The position numbers were made by a program, and so were the translations under genes. This document shows, piece after piece, positions 42,137 through 55,436 of a DNA stretch of 64,000 nucleotides. Every line of letters starts with the position of its first letter. Positions within the stretch are counted from its first letter, which is position 1. The stretch comes from Piromyces finnis finn (taxonomy: Eukaryota; Fungi; Neocallimastigomycota), in the NCBI GenBank assembly GCA_002104945.1, contig MCFH01000001.1, positions 1,178,001-1,242,000 on the forward strand, in the 5' to 3' direction. The notes below the pieces were generated by a model. The model worked only from the letters and a program-made list of their open reading frames with translations. It ran no database searches and was not told where the DNA came from.

Positions 42137-44643
42137 TTCTAATTTCCTATATTCCTATATCCTATATCCTTTATTATTAATAACATATAATATAAAAAAT
42201 ATTTTTTTTTTTTGTTTTTACTTACTATAAAAATGAATGAATGATAATATTATAAATTAAAAAGTAATAACAATAATAATAATAATAGCTATTTTTTTAA
42301 AACTAAATTAAATTCAATTAAAAAAACAAAAATAAAGAAATTTTAGTTTTTTTAAAGTTTATTAATAATTTTGTTTATATGGATAATCCTCCATTTTTTT
42401 TTTTTTTTGGAGGTGGAATATTTCCTTTATTAAGAATTACATTACATTATATTTATTATGTACAAAAAAGTTTATGTTTTAAAACTTTTACTTGGCTTTG
42501 GATTGTTGGGTTAGATTATCTTTTTATTTTGATATATTATACCTTCTTTAGCACTACTATATTACTGTGTACTGCTTTTATATCTCCACACAACAATATG
42601 ATTCTCCTAATAATAGGAAGGAGAATAGTGGCTTAAAAATTAAATATGTATGATTGATCCTAACCCTTTATTAAAATAATTTTCTTCTAACCCAATTATT
42701 ATGGTAGTATAGGTATTCTTTGCTACAATATTTGAATTATATTACCTTTTATCCTTTCTTACTTTTAAAATGAAAACTTAAATATATCATACACCCATAC
42801 ACATTCTTATTTAAAAAAGAAATAATAATAGCAATATTGATATTTACTTAACAATTTAACCAAATTGATTACTATCAATAAATAAATAGAAATATAAACT
42901 AAAACTATGATAAAAAGAATAGTTGCTTATAGTTGACTAATAGGGTTAATGAAAATATAGAAAGATTAATCAATGATATTTTTTATTTAAATAATTTTTT
43001 ATTCAAGCCTTTTAACTTTCGAGTTCAATTCCTTTAATTAAATTACCAATAAATAAAATTCAATATAAAATATAATTAATTTGTTGAGCTAAAATAGATG
43101 TTGAAAAAATATATAAATAAAAAACAATTATATTTATGTATAAGATAAGGCATAAAACTGACTTAAAAAATTATTAAATAATATTTATCCTTATTTAATT
43201 AAAGTGCATTGTAAATAAAGTTAAATAAAAGCCAATATATTATATATATAAAAACTAATTATAAATATAAATTTTTAAACTATTTTTTATTTTTACATTA
43301 CATCGTTTCTTGTAAGCCTTATTTTTTTTTCTTTTCTTTAATTTTAGTCAATAAGTTATTTTTCTATAATAACTTTTATTCTTTATTTTTACTATAAATG
43401 AAATAATAGATATTAGGTAATTTAAACTACTTAGTACTTTTCTTTTCTTTTTTTTTTTTTTTAATTTTATTCCTCTATTTAATTAAACAATGTAAAAATA
43501 AATTTTTTTTTTTTAACTTTTACAATAATAAATATTGAATTTTTAATTATTACTTTGCATTTTTATTCTGTTCTAAAATATTTCTATGAATTACAAAATA
43601 ATATTTTTATTAGTAATCTATTTTTTTTACTAAATAATAATGATATTGATGAAACCGATCGGCTTCTTCTTCTTTTTTTTTTTTTATAAAGTTTGATTAA
43701 CTAATTTTATATAACTTTTATTAAATATAAATTAAGCCAACAACATTGTTATTATTTATTGACTTGGTAGTAGCAGCGGCGGTCGGTGTATTAAAAAAGG
43801 AATATATATTTTTTTAATTTATTTTTTTATCATGATTTTTGTTTTTTTAATGATTTTTTTAATTCATGAGGATAAAATTTTCAATAAAATTATTGGTTTA
43901 ATATTAACTAATGTTAACAAAAAATTCTTTTACGAATTTTTATTTTACCTTCTGTCAATTTTTTTTTTTTTAGATCAACCAAATATGATGTAAGGATCGA
44001 TTTATTTAATAATAAAATAAGAATATTACTTTTAATGGTTACTATCATAGGTTTATAATAAAACAAAATTATATATTGTAAAATAAATAGAAATGTTTAT
44101 TTTTTTAAAACCAATTTTGATTTAATCAAAAAAATTAGCCATTAAAATTAGCCATTAATTTTTTTTTTATAGTAAAAAAAAAAAGAGAGCATTATTTTAT
44201 ATAACAACAATAACAAAAAAAAAAAAAAAAAGTATAAAAAGAACTAAAAGTTCATTTTTTTTATACTTTGTCATTATAAATACATTTTTTTCAAAAAAGT
44301 TATTTATTAATTAAATAAACAAACAATTATTTAAAAAGAATTTTTTTTAAAGCAAAAATAAACAAAATAAAAATTTCTTAATAGAAAACCTTTAGTATTA
44401 TTTAAAAAAAAAGAAAAAAAAAGATATATTACTTCAAAGCTTTATTCATAAAACATTACCATTAATATAATATAAAAAATAATAAAATAGTAATAAAAAT
44501 ATAAATAAATATTTTTAAAAAGAAGTTGTATATATAATATAGTATATATTTTAAAAGAATTATAAAAAACAATCCATATTTTCATTATTTTTTTTTTAAA
44601 AAAGTAATATATTTAAGAATATTATATATATATAAAATATAAA

Positions 44644-46038
44644 ATGGTTAATAAAAGTAACCCTCTTGCTCTTTTACCCATTGTGGTCTTCTTGATCATT
44701 TATTTGGGTTTGGGTATTCTTTTTGAATACATATTAAAAATTGATATGGGCTTCTATAGTATTCCTATTGTAGTTGCCTTTTTAATCGCTATTTTTGTAG
44801 GATGTCTTCAAAACCGAAAATTGAATTTAGATCAAAAATTACAGGTCATGGCCGATGGTTTAACCGATAAAAATGTTATTACTATGGTATTAATCTATCT
44901 AGTTGCTGGTACTTTTGTTGGTGTTGTTGGTCGTACAAGTGCTGAAAGCGTTGTCTACTTTGTATTATCCTTCTTGCCTGCTAGATTAGCTGTTGTTGCT
45001 CTTTTCGTTGTCGCTTGTTTCGTTTCCTTAACTATGGGTACTTCTGTTGGTACAGTAACTTTAATTGTTCCAATTGCTGTTGCTGTTTCAAATACTTCTG
45101 GATTTAGTTTACCACTTTGTGTTGCTGCTGTTGTCGGTGGTGCTATGTTTGGTGATAATCTTTCCTTTATTTCAGATACTACTATTGCTGTATGTAATGG
45201 TCAAGGTTGTCAAATGAAAGATAAGTTTAAACAAAATTTCAAGATTGCTGCTCCAGCTGCTCTTATTACCTTAGTTTTATTCTTACTTATATCCTTACAA
45301 GCTGACATTAAAGATTCTGTTAGCAATAGCTATAATTTAATTCAATTGATTCCATATCTTTTGGTATTAATTGGTGGTATTATTGGTATTAATGTATTTT
45401 CGGTCTTGTTATTGGGCGTCGTTTCAGGTAGTATTATTATGTTAGCTACTCGTGAATCCTCTTTTACTGAGCTTGTCACTAATATGGGAAATGGCTGTTC
45501 TGGTATGTTTGAAAGTAGTATGGTAGCCATTTTAGTATCTAATATGGGTGCTTTAATTCGTGAAGCTGGTGGTTTTGAAGCTCTTCTTAATGGTATTAAA
45601 AATGTCTTTAAAGGTCATCGCGGTGGTCAATTAGGTATGGGTGTTTTAGTTAGTGTTATTGATATTGCTACTGCTAATAATACTGTTGCTATTATCATGG
45701 CTAATCCAATTGCTAAGGAAATGCAAAATGAATATAATATTGATCCACGTAAGGCAGCTTCTCTTTTAGATACTTTCTCTTGTGTTTTCCAGGGTATTAT
45801 TCCATATGGTGCTCAAATGTTAGTTGCTGTTTCTTCTTGTAAATCCTTAGGTCATGATGTTTCTGTACTTAGTATTATTCCACGTCTTTTCTATCCTTAT
45901 CTTTTATTCGTTAGTTCTCTTATCTTTATTTTCTTTGATATTGGGTCATTATTTTATCGCGGAAAGAATGATGAAGAAGCCTCGAGCAAAATAAGTAAAC
46001 AAACCGAAATTATTAATAATGCTGTCGTTAATGTTTAA
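44644..46038 (+). CDS. NhaC-family Na+/H+ antiporter / amino-acid permease, 464 aa, intronless, bacterial type
   Basis: About 11-12 TM segments; motifs SLTMGTSVGT, GGAMFGDNLSFISDTTIA, MKDKFKQN, ANNTVAI, SLLDTFSCVFQGIIPYGAQML. Confidence 0.88.
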   Translation: MVNKSNPLALLPIVVFLIIYLGLGILFEYILKIDMGFYSIPIVVAFLIAIFVGCLQNRKLNLDQKLQVMADGLTDKNVITMVLIYLVAGTFVGVVGRTSAESVVYFVLSFLPARLAVVALFVVACFVSLTMGTSVGTVTLIVPIAVAVSNTSGFSLPLCVAAVVGGAMFGDNLSFISDTTIAVCNGQGCQMKDKFKQNFKIAAPAALITLVLFLLISLQADIKDSVSNSYNLIQLIPYLLVLIGGIIGINVFSVLLLGVVSGSIIMLATRESSFTELVTNMGNGCSGMFESSMVAILVSNMGALIREAGGFEALLNGIKNVFKGHRGGQLGMGVLVSVIDIATANNTVAIIMANPIAKEMQNEYNIDPRKAASLLDTFSCVFQGIIPYGAQMLVAVSSCKSLGHDVSVLSIIPRLFYPYLLFVSSLIFIFFDIGSLFYRGKNDEEASSKISKQTEIINNAVVNV

Positions 46039-47639
46039 AATTTAATATAATTATACACATTTTACACCTATACCCACAAAAAAAAAAAAAAGGGTATATG
46101 TATCATGGAATCTATTATTATTATTATTATTTTTTTTTTTAAAAAATAGCTCATCTAGTTATAGTGATAATAAATCAGTTATATGATCACACCCTTTTTT
46201 TTTTTTTATCTAATTTAATCAATATTTTATAATTTAAGAATTTAGAAAAAAGAAACGGAATATAAATATTTAAAAAAAAAAAAAAAAAAAAAATTAAAAG
46301 TATCTACTATTAATTTACTAATAATAAAAACAACAATTTAATTATTTATTAGCAAACTATAACAATATATAGTTTTACATTTATTCTTCAATTTTGGTTA
46401 ATAGATTAAAAACATATTATTAAATCTATATTATATATATATCAAACCATTATAATAACTTTTTTTTTTATATATAAATTATTTGTATAAAGAAAATTCA
46501 GAACAAGTAAATAAACCCTTTTTTTTTTTTTATTTATTTGAAAATATTCTTTTTGTTGTATTTTTTTTTATTTGAATGTGAGTAAGTATATAGTATTTAC
46601 ACTTATGTTATATCATTATACATATCTATATATGATATTCATATGATAACTTCTATTTATGTAGGTTTTGTGTTTTAATACGTAACTTGAACATATTACT
46701 AGTAAATTTTTTCAAATATTAAATTTATATAGTTTTTATTATAATATTATAATATTAATCATTTCTACAATGTATAAGAATGTAATACAAATATATGATC
46801 AATGTAAAACATGTAATGTAAAATAATAATGTAAATGTATAATCCATATACTTCCAGCCATATCATTGGACAACTAATTATTAAGTAAGCCTCATTGGTA
46901 TGAATGGACAAGAGAGTTTCTTGTTTTAGTTAGAATTTTATTGTTAAAAACGTCAGGATTAATGCTTTAGCATTTAGATAGAATAGAAATATTGAAACGT
47001 AATGAATAATGTTATTAATGAAACATATATTATTTAAAGTTGAATTCTTTTTACATAAAATTAACCCGTATCATTATTGTCATCACTTTTATTGTAACCT
47101 ATATCTATTATTATATCTATTATATTATTTCTTAAGCTCTCGTACTATTTTTAATTGCATCCACATTTTTTAAATTGTAATATATAATATTAATTTTTGT
47201 ATTTAAATTATGATTTTTTTGTAATTATATTTTAATATATTTTTTATAGCGTATATCATTTAAATAAGCAATTTTTTTTAATTTATTATTAATATATTTG
47301 ATAAATATATTTAATTATTTTTTTTTTTAATTTAATTAAATTTCATTTTCTGTATTTGTATATAAAGGATAAGATCAAATACGAATGATATACAATATTC
47401 AATGAAAAGAAAAAAAAAAAATAGAAAATGATTAAACCATGATCGTAAAGAAGCAATAGCAGACTATAGTTAACCATAACAAATGATTAAAGATATTAAA
47501 AAAATATAAATAAACAAAATTTAATCTTTTTTTTTTAATAAAAAATTTAAATTATGAAATGATGAAGGTAGTACAAGTAAAATGTAATGTGAAAATTTGA
47601 AATAAATATTAATATTAAAATTTTTATTATAAAAATGTA

Positions 47640-47672
<33 letters not shown>

Positions 47673-50600
47673 TTCATTCATTCATTCATTCATTCATTCA
47701 TTAAGATATATTTTAATTATTTTTATATTATTAAGAGTGTTGCTTATATGATTATTCTTTAAATCTTATTTATCTATAATCTATAATATTATATTTACTT
47801 CAATCAAAAAAAAAAGGAAAATTTAACCATTTTATTCCTAATTTATAATTAATACATACAAGCTTTTCTTTTTATTTTTTTTATCAAAGTATATCTTGTT
47901 TATTTTTCTCATGATCTTGATTTCAATTGCTTTGTTATCATTATTGCATATATATATATTTTTTTAAAAAGCTTAATTTTTTAAATTTTTTTTTTAAGAT
48001 AGTTCTTTTTTATAATTTTATACTCAATGGTTCTTTTTTTTTTTTCAATTTATTTTTATTAACGATGATATAAATATATATAAAGAAAATCTTGTTAAAA
48101 AAAACTTGTTTTTTTATTTGATGTTGATTATTTTCATTGGATATCTTTATTTTTTAAGGTCTTTTTTTTTTTTTCGCTTTATATTTATTTATTAAACTGT
48201 ATAATATATGCATATATTAATTATTAATAATTATATTTTATAGTTTCAACATTAAGTATACTATACCCAAGTTTTTTTTAAATAATTATAAATCTAGAAT
48301 TTATTAATTATAAAATTAATGAAAACTAATAATGAAAAATTAAAAAAAAAAAAAAAATAATAATAAACAGGCACCAAAAAAAAAAAAAAATTAATATATA
48401 AAAATAAAAATGTAAAAATTTAAAAAATTTTTTTTCTTAATTAAAAATTATATTTTTTTTATTATGTGAAATAACTAAAAAAATATTTTTTTTTTAAATA
48501 TTTTTATTCTTTTCAAAAAAGAAATACTCCTTTAATAAGATAAATGTTATTTAACTAAATAACCAGTATATTTTACATTTCTTCTTATCGTTTAATTATA
48601 AAACAGAAAATCGAAATTTAGAATAGAAAAATATTTAATAACAACAAGAATATCAATAAAACAGGAACTACCAAAAACTATTGTTACAGTTATAATTGAA
48701 ATAAAAAACTATCTAATAGAAATATATAGTAAGTATATTTTTAATTCATCCAGTTGTATCTAATAAAAATATGATATAAAGGGTATACTTTAGATGTTAT
48801 ATTGCAAAACTTTTTAACTATAAAGAGTATCATTCATTCATTCATACCTATTATAAAGTAAATACTAAAGTGATAACATAAACTCTAATAATAAATAAAC
48901 AAAGATGAACCTAGTATTATAACATTAATACATTAACATTATCCTTTTTTTTTTAAACAAAAACTTATAATAATAATTTATTTAATATATAATATCATCA
49001 ATACCTTCATCATAAAAATACGATTTAAATGGTATTTAAATAGTAAAAGATTTGATAGGACAGATAAAAAATAATTTTATAATAAATTAATAATAAATGA
49101 ATAATTTTATTAAAAAAATCTTGGAAGATAGTATGAATAAAAAATTATAGTTAAATAAAAAAAAAATTTTTGTTACATACAATATTACCAAATAATGTAT
49201 ACATTAAACAACGTATACATCGTTACATGATTCATTTATTATCAATACTTCTATTCAGCATTTAATCCAATAGTTAGAGTTTGATATTTTTCAGTAATAA
49301 TATTAGTGAAGAAAAATGACATGATTATTAGCCAAGTTATTATTAATAATTTAGCACATTTTAATGCTTAATTTTTGTACGCCAAAAAAAAAAAAAATAG
49401 TTATCATGCAATAAATCTATTTTTAAAAAATAAATATAATAATATTATTAGAACAATAGCAACTACTACTGCCTTTTAGTAATTTATAAATAAATAAATA
49501 AGTAAATCTATTCTACATTAATACAAAGTAAAAATAAATTATATTAAAAGGCATTATGGCATTATAGTATCAATGTATCATATTCTTCAAACTTAATTCA
49601 ACATTCTTAAAATATAATTCGTAATTTAATACATGATTTATTTAAGCATATCATTTGTATCAATAATTATAAACTTTTTTTTTTTTTAATGCATCAACAA
49701 CATTAACAATAGCATTAGTAGAAACAAACAGCAGCAACAACAACACTTTTGGTGATAATAATTTTCCATAAATCATCCAATAATAGTAATAAATAAAGTT
49801 ACTATTTTTTATAAAATTAAATTAATTGCCAAATTTAAATAAAATAATCTAAATTAATTTTTTCCAAACTTGTCATTGGAAGAAAAAAAATTGGCAATAT
49901 TTTTATAATAAATAAGGTTAGACTTTACTAATATATAATTAACATATATTATATTCATTTTGAACTATGTGGATAAATTAAAATTTTAGAATAGTATGTA
50001 AATATAATATATTTTTAATATATTAAATGATATATTAAACGTATTAGTTTTAAATTGATTGAAATCAATTCTTTTATATAGATAAGAATATTAAATCTTG
50101 TTATAGAAAAGTAAAATAAAGTAAATTGAAATATATGAGGTTTATTAATTAATATATGGATTCAATAAATTTAGCGACGTATTAAATTAAAAATAGTTCA
50201 ACAGATTTTTAATAAAAAAAGCATAATCCCTAATAATTAATATATTATTAAATATTAATTTAAAAACTTTAATTAATAATAAAAATGAACAAACCTCAAT
50301 GAAACGGCAAGAATTTTGAAGTGTAGCATAGAAAATAAGCCCAGAAAAAAAAAAAACTATCAAAAGCACATTGTATAAGGAATAAAAATTAGTTACCAAA
50401 GTTTTTACCATTTACTTTAAATACGCAAAAATTTTTCCTTTTTTTTTTTTTTTTTTTTTTTTACAACGCTAATTTTTATATTATAATAAATAAAGCAAAA
50501 AAAACAAACAAACAAACTTATATATGTATACAGTGGTGGAATAATAATTAGCACTGTATATATAATAAAAGTATCTAAAATATAAAAAATAACAAAAAAA

Positions 50601-51454
50601 AAAAAAAAAAAAAAATTACGCATAATATAAAAAACAAAACAATAAAATAGAAACAATTGTTTAAATAGTAAAAAAAAAAATAAAAAAAAAGTAAAAAGTA
50701 AAAATAAAAACAAATAAAAGCAAAGACATAAAAAAATATAGTAAGATAAAAAAAGAATAATATAAATTATTATACATCAAGTAAAATTAATGTTAAAAAA
50801 ATATTTACTATTTAACCAAAGTCTAAAACAAAACTAATTTAAAATATAAATAGTAATATACTCAAAAAATTTATATTAAAGAGAAAAATAAAATTATATA
50901 TAATAAATAACTTTTAAAGTGCTTTATAATATTATAATATAAAAAATTATAGTTATTGTATGATATAATTAACAAGACATATAAATTATACCTTTTATAT
51001 CATATATTAATAGTAAAAATAAAAGAATATATAAATATTTTAGATATTTTTATACACAAATTTCCAAAAGTTTTTAAAAAATATAATTTTATAACCTTTT
51101 CAACCTTTTTTTTTTAATTAGAATACTTTTCATTAGTAAGAATTAGCTATTCAAGATAAAAAAAAGAAATTAACTGAAATTAATCAAAAAAAAAAAATAT
51201 AAAAAAAATAATCAAATATAATCAAATCAATAATTTTTAAAATTTAATTTTTTATTTTTTTTTTAAAAGAAGGTAATAATTATATATACATTTTATGATG
51301 AGTTTGGTTATAAATCAGAAAATAACATTTTATGTGTTTATCTATTAGTTGATATTGATATAATTGTTTATGGCGTATTATTTTTTATATTTATAGTTAT
51401 TATTTATTAATATTTTTAAAAATAATATTTTATTATATTTTATTAGATATCAAG

Positions 51455-52816
51455 ATGAAGGTTAAAAGAGTTCTTCATATCAAAAAGCTCAGGAGAAACA
51501 AGAAGAGAGAGAATAAAATTTATATACCTCCTCAAACAGGTAATGTTAGCTGGCAACACATTTACATGCTCTCAAGTTCTGTTATTCCAAAAATTTATGT
51601 TCCAGTACTTATATTTTCAGCGTGGACATGTCTTTTAAAATTATTTTATGAATTCTATAAAGAAAAAGAATTTATTAAAACTGTATTCTTCCCAACTTCA
51701 CTTTTGACTTATCTCGGTTTAGTACTTTCATTATTACTTGTTTTCCGTAATACTAGTGCTTATGATCGTTTCTGGGAAGGTAGAAAAGTTTGGGCTAGTA
51801 TGTTAAATCATACTCGTAATCTCTCACGTCATATTTGGATTAGCATAGAAATTGACCCATTAGATCCAAGAAAAGATGAAAAAGAAAATTTAAAAACCGG
51901 TGTAATGCGTTTACTTATTGCCTTAGTAATTTCTATTAGACATGCTTTAAGAGGGGAATATGGTTGGGATTATGATGATTTAGCCGAATTAGTTCAGCAT
52001 GTTCCACGTTTCAATTCTTTAATCACCACAGCTCCACAACAAGTTTTAAAGATTCTTCCATTGGAAATTGCTTATCATATTGAAAGTTATTTATACCTTC
52101 AAAAAGGTTTACCTGCAACTATTCTTAATCCATCTTATTCTGCACTTAATGCCATCATTGATAATTTTACAGCTTGTGAAAGAATTCTCTATACTCCAAT
52201 TCCTTTAATTTACGGTATTCACATTAAACATGCCGTTATTATATATTTATTAACCCTTCCATTACAAATTATTCCAAATTGTGGTTGGGCTTCTGTTGTT
52301 ATTGTTATGATCACTTCATTTACTTTCTTTGGTATTGAAGCTATCAGTTCTGAAATCGAAAATCCATTCGGTAGTGATAGAAATGATTTAAAACTTGATG
52401 AATTCTGTCAACAAATTCATGACGAAATTGTTAGTATGATGAAATATTTCCCATCCTCTATTGGTTGTCTTGATTGGTTAGAATTAGAAGATATCGATGA
52501 TTCCCGTTCTAATGCTGGTGCTAGTACATTCACCCTTACTGTAAATGATTCTGAAACAGAAATGATTTCTACAAAAACTGAACCACCACTAATGCAAAGA
52601 TTTGGATCAGAAAATCATTTAATGGATATTGGTAATAGTAGTAGTAGTACCAGATTCCATGGTATAGATAGAACATATGGTAGTTCTGCCACACTTAATT
52701 GTATTTCACCAAGAACGAGTCATAATCGATCTAGGTATACACAACATATAAGGGAAGATCAAAGTGGTGATATTTGTGATGCTGAAGCTGATGATGGTGA
52801 TGATGGTGGTGAATAA
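51455..52816 (+). CDS. Bestrophin-family (UPF0187/YneE-like) anion channel, 453 aa, intronless
   Basis: Motifs LSLLLVFRNTSAYDRFWEGRKVW, CERILYTPIPLIY, FFGIEAISSEIENPFGSDRNDLKLDEFC. Confidence 0.9.
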   Translation: MKVKRVLHIKKLRRNKKRENKIYIPPQTGNVSWQHIYMLSSSVIPKIYVPVLIFSAWTCLLKLFYEFYKEKEFIKTVFFPTSLLTYLGLVLSLLLVFRNTSAYDRFWEGRKVWASMLNHTRNLSRHIWISIEIDPLDPRKDEKENLKTGVMRLLIALVISIRHALRGEYGWDYDDLAELVQHVPRFNSLITTAPQQVLKILPLEIAYHIESYLYLQKGLPATILNPSYSALNAIIDNFTACERILYTPIPLIYGIHIKHAVIIYLLTLPLQIIPNCGWASVVIVMITSFTFFGIEAISSEIENPFGSDRNDLKLDEFCQQIHDEIVSMMKYFPSSIGCLDWLELEDIDDSRSNAGASTFTLTVNDSETEMISTKTEPPLMQRFGSENHLMDIGNSSSSTRFHGIDRTYGSSATLNCISPRTSHNRSRYTQHIREDQSGDICDAEADDGDDGGE

Positions 52817-55075
52817 ATGATTTTAAAGTCATAAGATATATATAAAATAAAAGTGAAATCCTTTACCATTATTTATACTGCATATCTCCTTTCTTTCTGG
52901 TATACATTTTTTAATTGTATCCTTTTATAAAAATGAAATCACCATTCCTTTATTAATGAAATGAAACATTCATGTGTTAATAATACCATTTACTGACTAT
53001 TGAATATATACTCAAAAAAAAAAAGGGTTTTAACAATGTATTTTTAAATTTTCTTTTTTTTATATTTATTTATTATTCAAATTGTATTCAGTAATAAATT
53101 TAAATTAATCCTCATTAAAATTATTGAATTACAATTAATGAAAAAAAAAAAAAAAAAAAAAAAAACAAAAAAAAAGAAGGATCAGTAAGAAGTAAGAATG
53201 AAATTAATATAGAAAGAATTGCCATATTTATTTTATACATCCTTTAATAATTTAATTTAATACTAAATAATATAAAAGTCAATATATTATGCTTATTTAT
53301 TAATGTATTGAATCTTTCATTCAGCATTCATTTTTTATTTCTTTCCTTCAAAAATTTATATAAAACTAACATACCCAATTTAATTCCACCAACATATTAT
53401 TATAAGAATTCAACAACAGCACATAAATATTTATTTTTCTAATTTTCAAATTATTTCAAATTAATGATTTTTTTTTTTAAAAAACCATAATATTTTCCCT
53501 TTTTTTTTTTTTTTTTTATTTTAATTAAACAACTAATTTAAAATAATAATAAAAAAAAATATTTATTTTGTTATATAGTATTTATATTTATTATTATTTT
53601 TTTTTTAATTAATAAAATTTTGAAAAATTAAACCCCTAAACCTTAGTTGTATATTTTTTTTAATAGTCAGGAAATCAGAATGATAATAATAAAATTGTTA
53701 TTACACAATTAAAATAAATTATACAAAGAAAAAAAAATAACAAAAAACAAAAAAACAAAACAAGTCATTCAAAAAATTTTATAAAATTAAAAATTAACAA
53801 ATTCAAATCCAAAATTTAAATCATTCACAGAATCTAAATAAGTACACTCAAAAAACTATAAAAACAAAAACAAAAGAGTACAACACAAACACAAACAAAC
53901 AACAATAATAACAATGTATATTTTTGTAAAAAAAAAAAAAAAGGTTTAGCCTTTTTATTTATTATTAAAATCACATAGATAGCAAAAGAAAGGGTATTAA
54001 AAGGAATTGTAAACCTTTTTTTTTTTATTAGATTTTTTAATGCTCAATAAACTTTATTTATTTCTAAAACTTTTTTTTACAATAATTTTTAAAAGCCTAT
54101 TATTTTTATTTTATTTTTTTTTTTTATATTTGAAAAAAAAAAAAAATTATCTATAAAAGAAAAGTTATTAATAAATAAATAAACATTAAAAGTAAGATTT
54201 TTTAAGAAAATAATAATGGAATCTTTAATAATATATACATATTTTGTTTTAAATATTATTTGAATAGTTTTTATTTTTATTAATGTTTAAATATTTTCAT
54301 CCTAAAAATATTTATTGAGTAAATGAACAACTGGTTGGTGGTAATAACATTTTTATTATATTTTAAAGTAATATGGTGTAAAATTTTTAATGGTTTATAT
54401 TTATTTTTTAAATAAAAAAACAACACACAAATATAGTACAAATAGTACAAATATTTATAATTATTGTAAAATAGGGTAGGATAATATCCTTAATTTTACA
54501 TGAATTCCCGAAGCTAATATAGTTTGTAAAAACTTTTTAAATTTCAATGAAATTTTATATTATTTTTATTTAAATTAAAAGTATAGATAATATATTTTAG
54601 ATATTAGCTTATAATGTACATCACTACCTTTATATAATTTAAGGTTAATTCTTTTTTTATTATTAATAAATAACTTTATTTTATGATTTGGTTTCATACT
54701 AAATATGTCTTTTTTTTTTTTAATTTAATTTTACCTAAATTTAAATTTAAAATTTTTAATAGTATGGTGATTGGTTTAAAGGCTAATAGCGAAACCAATT
54801 TATAAGTAAAAAAGTAAAGATTATAAAAAAAAAGGAAAGAAAATAAAAAGTAATGACTCCAGTATTGTTAAAGTAAAAAAAGTTTAAATGAAATAATAAT
54901 AAAAATAAGCAAATGCATTTTCCATTTTCCATTTCTCTTTTTTATAAATTAAATTAGTTTAAACCATTTTTCTTTTCTTTTTTTTTTTTTTTTTATTTAA
55001 AAGTGTAATTCTCTTTTTTATTTTCCTAGTAAAAAAATTGTATACAATTAATTAAAAAAAAGAATATAAAATACT

Positions 55076-55106
<31 letters not shown>

Positions 55107-55436
55107 TATAAAAGAATATCATTAATATATGTATTATAAACCTTTATCAGTCTAGTTTTTCTTCTTATTTCACTATATTTAGAACTTAATTTTATTATTA
55201 ATATTTATATATATAATATACATTTTTTTGATATAAAAAATAATTTTAATATATAATAGAAAGTAAATTGTCAACTTTATACTTTTATTAAAAATTTTTT
55301 ATATATGAATATTTTGTTTTTAATATTTTTTTTATAAATATATAAAGTATTTACCACATTAATATCAAAAAAAAAAAAAAAAAAAAAAGTAATGAAATAT
55401 TATTCTTTTTATTAATAGCTTAATATATAGTTGAAA

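Noticed and set aside
42379-42636. 85-aa ORF in the divergent intergenic region
   Set aside because: No motif, includes homopolymer-derived residues, no splice or codon support.
43005-43040. B-box-like GTTCAATTCC suggesting a tRNA
   Set aside because: No acceptor, D or anticodon stems could be formed.
28731-43667. Shared 9-mer TCGGCTTCT at 28732 and 43659
   Set aside because: One matching pair of this length is expected by chance among GC-containing words in ~50 kb.
46840-47010. Slightly GC-richer patch, possible pseudogene or transposon relic
   Set aside because: All frames I read contain stops and no recognisable motif.
50187-50713. 74-aa and 98-aa hydrophobic minus-strand ORFs
   Set aside because: The hydrophobicity comes from poly(T) runs; no family signature.
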